DNA of 31,025 nt from a virus (Duplodnaviria > Caudoviricetes): positions 1 through 31,025 of IMG/VR virus record IMGVR_UViG_3300020044_008050; one strand, given 5' to 3'. Of the stretch, positions 18,052 through 26,300 are shown piece by piece. The notes below the pieces were generated by a model. That model saw only the letters and a list, made by a program, of their open reading frames with translations. It was not told the origin of the DNA and made no database searches. Numbering within the stretch: the first letter of the stretch is position 1; each line of letters starts with the position of its first letter. The translations under genes and the position numbers were made by a program.

Positions 18052-20209
18052 ATACTTTAGCCCCTTGCAAGAAGTTGGGCGGGCACTTAAAGAAAACGCG
18101 ATTGGCGTAGGTCGTGCTGCTTTGGGTCAAGGCCTTGGCATGAGCTGGGGCGATGAGGCTGAAGCCAAAGCGAGGGCGGCGATCACAGGAAGGCCGGTAG
18201 AAGAAGAGCTGGCACAAATACAGCAAGAGTATGCCGAATATGTCCGAGCACACCCTACTGCCTCGGGTGTTGCCGAATTTATAGGCGCTGCGTTGCCCGC
18301 TGCAGCTGCCATGGTGAATCCGTTTAGTGGGCCTGTGGCAATTCCTACTGCGACAACCACGTTGGGGCGATTAACGTCGCCGCTGATGCGTATTGGGCAA
18401 GGAATAAAGCGATGGTCTGGCGCAGGCAAGGAAGTTGGCAAGCGCACACTGGCAGAGAACGCAGTGCGAGGCGGTGTTGCTGGTGGCGTTGAGGGCGCAA
18501 TTAGTGGAGCGGGTACGGCAGACAGCGGCATGAGCAACAGGTTAATGGGCGCTGGAGTTGGTGGTACGTTGGGCGCCGGGCTTGGGCTTGGTTTTGGTTT
18601 TGGGATACCGTTCGCTGGCGCTGTGGCGCGAAGAGTGGGTGACATTTTTCCGGGAGAAGAATCTATAAAAGAAGGTGCTGCGCGACGGATATGGCGATCT
18701 CTTGGCCCCGTGTCTGTAGAAGAAATGGAGCGCAGGATGAAAGAGGATGCGTCGATGGGCGTGCCCTCATTGCCGATGAACACATCTCGCGGCACAGTGC
18801 GTGAGGCTGAAACCATGGCCCAGAGACCGCGAGAGAGCGCCAACATCATAGGCGAGGGGATAGGCAAACAGCGTGCAGGGGTGCGTGATCGAATCACGGG
18901 GCAGGTTGCAGGCCAGTTGGCGTCTCCAAGATACTTTGAAGAGTCAGAGCAACTTGTAGAAAACTTAGCTAACCGCGCACGGCCCCTCTACCAGGCCGCG
19001 GAAGCAGTCGGCGAGGTCACCGATCCTGTAATTCTGAACCTGATGCAACACCCGAAGATTAGGGAGGCGTATTCGCTGGCACGCAATGCGGCAAACATTC
19101 GCAAGGAAACGGCGAAGGCGTTTGGAGAAGACCCTGCGGAATTTGATTTGGCTCGAATCATGCAGCCGACCGGCCAGTTTGATCCGGCTGCCGTCCAGGC
19201 TTTGCGAGATATGGGTATCCCAGAAGAAGCAATTCCGAACTACTTGTCTCGCGCAGGTAGTTCGGCGATGGAGATGGTTGAGACCGTTGTTCCTGATGTC
19301 AAAACGCTCCACCAAATCAAGCTCGGTCTTTACAACATGGTGGAAGATGCGTATTCGTCCAACAACAAAGCCAAGCGCGAATCGGCAAGGGCGTTGGAAG
19401 AACTATATGATAGATTCCTTGAAAGGTTTGACGAAGTTGTTCCTGAATATGCACAAGCACGGAAATTTTATTCCGACCAAAAAACGGTTCAGACGTATCT
19501 TGACAGCGGATACAACAACTTTTTGAAGCTAAAACCGGAAGAACTAACATCGCTGTGGAAAAATATTCCCGATGAAGGCGCGGAAGCGTTCAGGATTGGG
19601 GCGGCACGAGCACTAACTGGATTGGTCACAGGGCCGTCAGCAAACCACGACTACGCAAACAGATTGATCGGCTCGCCCGATATGCAGAAAAACCTGAAAA
19701 CCATTTTCCCGTCCGAGTCGCAGTACAACTTGTTTATGGCAGCACTGGGCCGCGAGAGTGAAATTTACAATCAAGCAATGAAAGTATTGTCGGGATCACA
19801 AACGGCATCACGAATGGCTGCCGCTGCTGATTTTGAAGAGGATCCTGTTGCAATTGCGGCGTCTGGCTTGGCAAATCAAAACTTCAGCGCAGGCTTAGTC
19901 AACTCGGTTCTCAACTGGATGTCATCGCGCAGAATATCGGATGAAGTAGCCGACCAGGTAGCAAAATGGCTGACATCAAGCGATCCAACAGAACTTGCTG
20001 CCGCGATTAAGGCGCTGGAAAAAACGGTTCCAGAGATGTCTAGGGCGAGCGCAGCGATTGCTGGCGGGGTTCCGGCTGGAGCGTTGGGCGTCATGACGGG
20101 GTCAGAACAAAATTCAGACCGCGGGCAACGGGCCGAAGGAATGGGCTTTGGCGCAGAATCAGAATTATCCGAAGAAGACCTGCGGGCGCTACTGGAAGAG
20201 TTCCAGTAA
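18041..20209 (+). CDS. Large internal virion (ejection-type) protein
   Basis: 722 aa with GQGL..SWGDEAEA, Gly-rich hydrophobic segments and a helical body. It is the last gene of the + strand operon. Confidence 0.65.
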   Translation: MANEYFSPLQEVGRALKENAIGVGRAALGQGLGMSWGDEAEAKARAAITGRPVEEELAQIQQEYAEYVRAHPTASGVAEFIGAALPAAAAMVNPFSGPVAIPTATTTLGRLTSPLMRIGQGIKRWSGAGKEVGKRTLAENAVRGGVAGGVEGAISGAGTADSGMSNRLMGAGVGGTLGAGLGLGFGFGIPFAGAVARRVGDIFPGEESIKEGAARRIWRSLGPVSVEEMERRMKEDASMGVPSLPMNTSRGTVREAETMAQRPRESANIIGEGIGKQRAGVRDRITGQVAGQLASPRYFEESEQLVENLANRARPLYQAAEAVGEVTDPVILNLMQHPKIREAYSLARNAANIRKETAKAFGEDPAEFDLARIMQPTGQFDPAAVQALRDMGIPEEAIPNYLSRAGSSAMEMVETVVPDVKTLHQIKLGLYNMVEDAYSSNNKAKRESARALEELYDRFLERFDEVVPEYAQARKFYSDQKTVQTYLDSGYNNFLKLKPEELTSLWKNIPDEGAEAFRIGAARALTGLVTGPSANHDYANRLIGSPDMQKNLKTIFPSESQYNLFMAALGRESEIYNQAMKVLSGSQTASRMAAAADFEEDPVAIAASGLANQNFSAGLVNSVLNWMSSRRISDEVADQVAKWLTSSDPTELAAAIKALEKTVPEMSRASAAIAGGVPAGALGVMTGSEQNSDRGQRAEGMGFGAESELSEEDLRALLEEFQ

Positions 20210-20232
20210 CACCCCTGGTGTTTAGACCGGCG

Positions 20233-20988
20233 TCAGGAGACAGCGCCTGGGAAGTAGTTCTTGGCCGCCTGCCAGTATTCCAAAAGGCTCGTGAACATCT
20301 TGGAGTGCTGGTAGTGGCTCATGCTGTCCCAGACATGAACTGCGACCTTTGTCACATCAACCCTGTCCACGAATACTGAAGCGCGGATGGGGTTGCCGAC
20401 CGCCTTACCCATGGCGTAAGCCGACAGCTGCATCCCGTGCTCATCGTAGACCAGCTTTGACGGATCCGATGTGTCGAGGTTGTCCTTGGTTTTGAAGTCG
20501 ACGAAGATTCCTGACTCGGTGTAGAGGTCGATCTTGCCGCCAAAGCCCAGGCTGTGAGCAAAGCTACTCTCCGCGATCCACTCCTCGCCCGGCCACCGCT
20601 CCTCCAGGGCCGCTCTGACAGCGTTGTAGGCGTCTGATTCAAACCCGGTAGAGAACCCCAGCTCAATAGCCGCATGGATCTCTGTGCCCCGTTCTGCGGC
20701 CTTCAGCCCCTGTTCTCGTGCGTCACGCTTGGCTCGAGCCATGAAGTCATCCAGGGATTCGTCTTCAAGCCGTGGAAGTGTCAGGGCAGCCAGCAGTGCC
20801 TGGTCGATTTTCCAGTTCTCCAGGCCTGGTGCTGCAGCCACCTTGATGATGCTGGTGACCGAGGGGTATAGGTTTAACTGCCTGGCGTCCCGCAGTGTGG
20901 TGGCCCGTTCGTTGCCGTTCTTGCCGATGATGGTGTAGCGGGGGTTTCCCTCGGCGTCGTACCAGTGTGTGCTTTCTGCGATGCTCAT
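20233..20988 (-). CDS. PD-(D/E)XK exonuclease
   Basis: The true start is probably ATG at 20988 (SD AAGGAG, ATGA overlap with the MTase stop). Motifs PSVTSI, RGTEIH, E...GFGGKID...DFKT and QLSAY. Confidence 0.85.
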   Translation of the reverse strand: MSIAESTHWYDAEGNPRYTIIGKNGNERATTLRDARQLNLYPSVTSIIKVAAAPGLENWKIDQALLAALTLPRLEDESLDDFMARAKRDAREQGLKAAERGTEIHAAIELGFSTGFESDAYNAVRAALEERWPGEEWIAESSFAHSLGFGGKIDLYTESGIFVDFKTKDNLDTSDPSKLVYDEHGMQLSAYAMGKAVGNPIRASVFVDRVDVTKVAVHVWDSMSHYQHSKMFTSLLEYWQAAKNYFPGAVS

Positions 20989-22151
20989 GCTTGCTCCTTC
21001 AGGTGGTTGTGAATTCGTTTGCCAATCCATGCCACTACCGGCACGGCCCAGCTGTTTCCAAGTGATTTGTATCGAGGGCCGTCCGCTGCCGGCTTGCCGC
21101 GATGTGGCACCAGTGTGTAGCCATCTGGAAACCCCTGCAGGCGTTCGCACTCTGTTGGGGTCAGGCGGCGCACTTGCATTGATTGAAACATAATCGGGAT
21201 CTCGTCGCCCGTAACCGAGCGCCCTTTACGTAAAGTATGCGTGCTGCCGTCTTGGCTGCTGATCGGATCTTGTAGGAGATGGAAGGCCACAATCGGTGCC
21301 TCGTGATTGCAGGTCAGGGTAGGACCACGGTCAAATGCGATTTCAGCTTCTGCTTGGCCATGCGCCATCGTGACAATTTGCAGTGACTCATTTTCGTTGT
21401 TTACTGGCTGCAATCCTCCAGTGCACTCAAAATCTGTTCCGAGCCCGCCGCCGCCTGTAGTGCGACTGCTAATTGTTCCGGCAACTGCTTCCCCCGCTTC
21501 TCTGCTCGGCGCAGTATCCCGGCGCACGCCGTCGAACTCAAAAAGAACTTCGCCGGGATCAAACCCGTTTCGAGCACTTGAGACAACAAACACACGGCGG
21601 CGTCGTTGGGCCAAGCCAAAGTATTGGGCATCCAGGACGCGCCACGCTGCTGTTCGGCGTTCCCCAGAAACACAACCCGCATCCGGCCAGCCGTCGGGCG
21701 CATGCAGTGGCTCATCACCCCCGCATAGTTGTGCGAGGAAGCATCCGAAGGCGTTGTCTTTTGTGCTAAGAACTCCGGGGACGTTTTCCCAGAAGACGAT
21801 GGAGGGCTGTTCGCCTCGATCATGTCGAATATCGTCAATTGCATTTGCTATCTCGCAAAAGGTGAGTGAAAGGTTGCCCCGAGCATCATCGAGGGACTGG
21901 CGCTTGCCTGCAACACTGAACGCCTGGCATGGGGTGCCCCCACAAAATATATCGGGCGCCTCAACTTCGCCAGACCGGATCATGCCCGGCAGCAATGTCA
22001 TGTCGCCCAGGTTCGGCACATCAGGATGATGATGGGCCAGCACGGCAGACGGAAAGGCCTCAATCTCGCTGAACCAAGCAGCCTTCCAACCAAGCGGATT
22101 CCACGCAGTAGATGCCGCCTCGATGCCGCTACATACAGATCCGAATCTCAT
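20985..22151 (-). CDS. C5-cytosine DNA methyltransferase (main polypeptide)
   Basis: Motif I variant SVCSGIEA, motif IV GGTPCQAFS, VI WENVPG, VIII QRRRRVF, RRLTPTECERLQGFPD and motif X YKSLGNS. Confidence 0.93.
   Translation of the reverse strand: MRFGSVCSGIEAASTAWNPLGWKAAWFSEIEAFPSAVLAHHHPDVPNLGDMTLLPGMIRSGEVEAPDIFCGGTPCQAFSVAGKRQSLDDARGNLSLTFCEIANAIDDIRHDRGEQPSIVFWENVPGVLSTKDNAFGCFLAQLCGGDEPLHAPDGWPDAGCVSGERRTAAWRVLDAQYFGLAQRRRRVFVVSSARNGFDPGEVLFEFDGVRRDTAPSREAGEAVAGTISSRTTGGGGLGTDFECTGGLQPVNNENESLQIVTMAHGQAEAEIAFDRGPTLTCNHEAPIVAFHLLQDPISSQDGSTHTLRKGRSVTGDEIPIMFQSMQVRRLTPTECERLQGFPDGYTLVPHRGKPAADGPRYKSLGNSWAVPVVAWIGKRIHNHLKEQA
21401..21844 (-). CDS. Nested alternative-frame ORF, M.EcoHK31I beta-polypeptide-like partner of the methyltransferase
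   Basis: 147-aa ORF wholly inside the MTase gene on the same strand in another frame. It ends in LSQVLE...P.KFFLS..ACAGILRRAEKRGK.LP..L..AL, a pattern I recognise from C5-MTase-associated polypeptides. Confidence 0.65.
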   Translation of the reverse strand: MQLTIFDMIEANSPPSSSGKTSPEFLAQKTTPSDASSHNYAGVMSHCMRPTAGRMRVVFLGNAEQQRGASWMPNTLAWPNDAAVCLLSQVLETGLIPAKFFLSSTACAGILRRAEKRGKQLPEQLAVALQAAAGSEQILSALEDCSQ

Positions 22152-22447
22152 CGTCCATCTCCGTCAACAACGTTTGGCATAACTGGACGCGCCCTCATAG
22201 CAGCCATGATCGCATCCACTACAGCCGCGTCCTCTGGCTCCCAGGCGTATTTGCTTTCGATCAAGAGCATGATGGTGTGTATTGCCTTGTAGCAGTCTTT
22301 CTTGCCAGCGCCATCGGCATGCCTGGTGATGTACTTGACTGCGGTGTGTTGGCAGGCATCGAGCCTGTTGGCCATGCTGTATTCCATAGGCTGGATGGCC
22401 AGCTTCTTGTAATGATTTCCGCCAATCTGTGTTTCACTGGCTTTCAT
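22148..22447 (-). CDS. DUF3310 (SaV-like / T7 gp1.7-related) protein
   Basis: Start is ATG at 22447 behind SD AGGAGG. Motif QIGGNHYK...IQP.EY......AVKYITR.....D..KA. Confidence 0.8.
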   Translation of the reverse strand: MKASETQIGGNHYKKLAIQPMEYSMANRLDACQHTAVKYITRHADGAGKKDCYKAIHTIMLLIESKYAWEPEDAAVVDAIMAAMRARPVMPNVVDGDGR

Positions 22448-23159
22448 TTCCCTCCTGCGCGGTAACGTACTGGCGGTGCGTCTTGCGGTTGGCTGTGTAG
22501 AAGTTGCTGGCAGCAAACGGGATGAACACATCATCAATTGGGACGAACTCGCATTCCACCCGGCGGCGCTCGTTGTTGCGCCAGAACTTCAGGTACTGGC
22601 CACCGCCCAAGGGGAGCTGCGTGGTCAGCTGCTCAAGCTCAGACCGGAAGGACTGCATCTGCTCGGTCAGCTGCCAGTTGAGGAAGTCAGCCTTGCGCTG
22701 GGCCTTATCCAGCTTGCCCGACGTCTTCTCGCCGTACATCTTCGTGCGGACAGGCCCATTCGGGGGCATCAGCTCTTTCATGACTCGAGCGGAGAAGTCC
22801 ACGCAACCTTCAATCAGCATCGGGTGGACAATCTTGGTGGCGCCAGAGAACTGGGCACCACCAGGCGCATCGTCACCCATACCAGTGCGGCGCAGGCCTT
22901 CCTCGTACAGCTTGTCGCGCTTCTCGCGGGCCTTCTTATCGAGTTCGATCTTGTCCAGCAGGTCGTCAACGATGGTGGTCAGGACGGACTGGTCAACCTC
23001 GTCGACGATGTTGGCAAAGTGCTCTTCGCTGCGGGCGAGGGTGCTCTCACCATCGTCCAGCGAGACAATTGCGCCACCGTCTTCGGTGTCCTCAACGTCC
23101 GAGGCCTGCTCATCCATTTCGATGAACTCTTCGTCTGCATCTGTACGGTTCTCTGCCAT
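22434..23159 (-). pseudogene. Portal protein, N-terminal 241 aa only (truncated)
   Basis: An acidic N-terminus is followed by portal motifs D...R..R...YEEGL, HPML.E..VDF.AR...EL.P..GPVRT, FLNWQLTEQM, LPLGG and EFVPIDD. The frame ends inside the start of the DUF3310 gene. Confidence 0.75.
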
Positions 23160-23161
23160 GA

Positions 23162-23323
23162 CTACCTCGTGGGGGATTCTTGTGCAGGCAGCCGAAACAT
23201 TTCCGGCATGTCTGATTCATCCAGGTCTTCGGGAATATCACCAAAATACATGAGGTTCAGGTAATTTTCTCGTGTCAAGGGAATTCCTGCTTCACGCATT
23301 GCGACTATCGTTTCATCGTCCAT
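23162..23323 (-). CDS. 53-aa acidic protein absent from the ORF track
   Basis: Manual translation gives MDDETIVAMREAGIPLTRENYLNLMYFGDIPEDLDESDMPEMFRLPAQESPTR*. It overlaps the end of the giant gene by 11 nt, ends 2 nt before the portal start and fills the gap exactly. Confidence 0.75.
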   Translation of the reverse strand: MDDETIVAMREAGIPLTRENYLNLMYFGDIPEDLDESDMPEMFRLPAQESPTR

Positions 23324-26300
23324 ACCATGCCGGCAGTTCAATGCCGCCTCCTATGTCTAGTAATTGTTCTCGCGTTTCGCCGCCAGTTATTCTGCCGAGC
23401 CTGTATTGATTCATCGCGTTTGCCACTTCATCTTGTAGCAAGTCGCTACGCTTGCTTTCAGGACTGTACAGGCCACGGATTGCTTCCCATGTGATTGACT
23501 GCATAGCCCTGGGATCAGTCACGCCACGCTCGGCAGCCGCTCGGCGTACAGCATCTGCATACAGCCCATACGTGCCACGCGCCCCAGTTAAGTTGCTGGA
23601 TGACGCGCTGCCCAAATTGTGTTCTACCTCTGGCGATGCTCCAGACAGCGGGCGCATCAGCGCAGCAGCCACGTTATGGGTATCCGATGTTACGCTTTGG
23701 CCTGTGTACGGGTCGACGATGTTATTGTAAAAGCTGCGCACCTTGTGCATTTCCCCAAGCATGCGGTTGATGTTTTCCATGGTTGGGTCTTGGAATATCG
23801 ACAACGCTTTTGCAATTTCCCTCAACGACCCCCAACCAACTTTGGCCTCGTCGCCCTCACCGGTCTTGCTGGAGCCGATCACATTCCCCAGCGGGTCGAC
23901 GATATTATACCCCCTCGGATTGTATGCCTCATCGTACAAGCGCAGCCACACTGCTTTTTTAAGAGGCGAATCCAGTTCATTGAGAGACCGATCCTTGATC
24001 AAATCCACAATCGCTGCTGTCTTCTCATTGAACCCGCCTTTTGGCTTGTCAATCAGATACTGCGCCCTGCGCGCCATTTCTGGACTGAATCGGAAATCGC
24101 CGTAGTTATTCGCGATTTCCATGACGCGGTCGCCCAAGGATATGTTCTTGAACCAGTCCATCTGCGGCGAGAGCGAGGCATATACCCCAGCAGCGCCTTC
24201 GATGGGGATCCCATACTTGGTAGCTGCCTCATCGGCGATTCGGTTTGCCCCTTCGTACCAGCGCGATGACATGCGGCGCACATCCTCCGGCACCTGGTCA
24301 TACAAGAACAGCAGGTTCTCCACGGCTTGATCGCCCAACAGGCCGAACACGCTTTCCGGATCTGTCGGCGCCGAAACTGGGTAGTTTGCGTATTGCGACA
24401 TGGTCTCAGCTTGCTTGCGCATTTGCTCTGGCGACTGCCTGATTACATCCACGCCAATGGTTAAGGATGGATCGTATGGATCGCCTTCAAATTTCGTTGA
24501 TGTCGGTACTCGCTCGGACACCTGCATGCCAGTGCGCACAGAGCGGTTCAGGAACTCGCGCTCGGCAGGGGTCAGGTAGTCGGCATCAGGCGTTTCTGCG
24601 CGTGGCACATCCTTTCCTGGTCCCTTGGGCGGTGTCGGCAACCCACCCTTTGCCAGTTTCTGCGGCTCCATCAGCTCGTTGACCATGGACTCGATTCGAG
24701 CGGGATCGTATACCGGACCGCCCTCTGCCTTAGTGACTACTGGTCTTTTGCCAGACCTGCGGATTGCCTCGTACATGGACTCGCCAGGTTCTGGACGGAA
24801 GTGCAGCATCGGCATATTGCCGGGGGCCAGGCGCGGATTGTCCTTAGACTGGTACTTCAGGGAGCCATACGGCATCAGGTAGGCATCCGTGTCGCGCAGT
24901 CCTCTGGCCCATGTAAAGTCACCAGACAGCATATTGCTAACGGGGTCAACCATTCCGCTGCGAAGACCCTCTGACAGGATGGACTCTACCCGTTCAGCAC
25001 TGCCTGGACGGATGTCCTGGTGTATTGCAAGGTGCGGCGCGATCAGGTCAAAGTCTTCTTGCGTCCAGGTCTGCGGGTCAGCTTCTGCCGCACGCACCAG
25101 CCGCTCTAGCTGCTCCGTAGAGCCTGTTGAGGGGAACCCCAGTGCCTTGGCCTTCTGTTGCAGCGTTAGCCGCCCAAGGCCTCCCTTGCTCATTTCGACA
25201 GCACCACCATCGGCGAACCCAAACCGCGGCGGTTCATAGCTGAAGCGGCGGTCAACAGGACGGGCGGGTAACTTCGCGGTCAGCTCCCTGGTTGAAGGCA
25301 GGTCGATTGCAGCGTTGCGACGCAGCATCTGCATAAGGTCGTCGTAGTCAATTTGTGCCTGGCGTTCAGCGGCCTGCTCGCCTGGGTTGCTAAATGCTGC
25401 GCGACTAGCACCGCCTAAAAGTGTACCCAAGGCGTAGTTGCTCAGTTTTGGATTGACAGTTGGCCCAAAGTAGTCAAACGGCAATGCAATCATGTCGCCA
25501 ATGGTTTTTGCTGTTAATTTGAGCATTTTTGCCTTTTGTGCCGTTGGCAGCGGGCCTTGTCCGAACATTTCACCACCGGCCAATGCAAATTGGCTGGGCA
25601 CGCTCAACGTATCAGCTGGGCCAAGACCACGCTTTTCTAGCATTTGATTCAACAGATCATCATAGGCCTGGGATGCGTTTGCCGATCCTGCCATCATGGT
25701 TGATGCGGCATCGCGTACCGTTTCTGGTATCAACATTTCACGAGCAGCAGCCCCGCGCTCAGATACCTCTTGCATTCTTTCTGCTGCCATTGGAGACAGG
25801 TATTCGATGCCACTGCGCAGGGCGCCAGCCCCAAGGGATCCAAGGCTGCGGAATGTTTGCGGCAACGCTGCAACACTTAACGCCAGCCCTGACATGCCAT
25901 CTTCGTTTGGCGTGGTTTGCGTATCAAACGCAGCGATCAGGGCGTTTATGGGGTCTGGCGCGTATCGAGCAACCAAATCGTCCCACGTGAGCGGGACTCG
26001 GCCACCGGGATTTGCTTTTAAGAAATCGTCTTCCACAATACCACCCTCTTTCATGCCTGGCGCTTGCTCATCACGCAAGAGCTGCAGGAGATAGTCATCA
26101 TACTCGGCATCTGTCATGTAACGCTGCTGGGGTTGAGGCCTGCCAGAGAATTCACGGGTCGCGTCTCTTAAGCGGGCGTTGTTCAGTTCCTGCACATCGA
26201 TCCAGTTTTGCGAACGAACGAAGTCTTGGACAAACGGGACGTATTGATCCACCGGAGCGCGATTGCCCTTGCCCTTGATCTGGATGATCCTCTGGCGGTT

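Noticed and set aside
20210-20232. Terminator between the convergent operons
   Set aside because: The gap is only 23 nt, with no convincing stem or T-tract.
20989-21150. N-terminal extension of the exonuclease shown in the ORF track
   Set aside because: It overlaps the MTase C-terminus. ATG at 20988 has an SD and an ATGA coupling and is the better start.
22448-22537. N-terminal extension of the DUF3310 ORF shown in the track
   Set aside because: It lies within portal coding sequence; ATG at 22447 has a strong AGGAGG.
22476-23264. Two long plus-strand ORFs (262 and 249 aa)
   Set aside because: Antisense shadows of the GC3-rich portal gene with no recognisable motifs.
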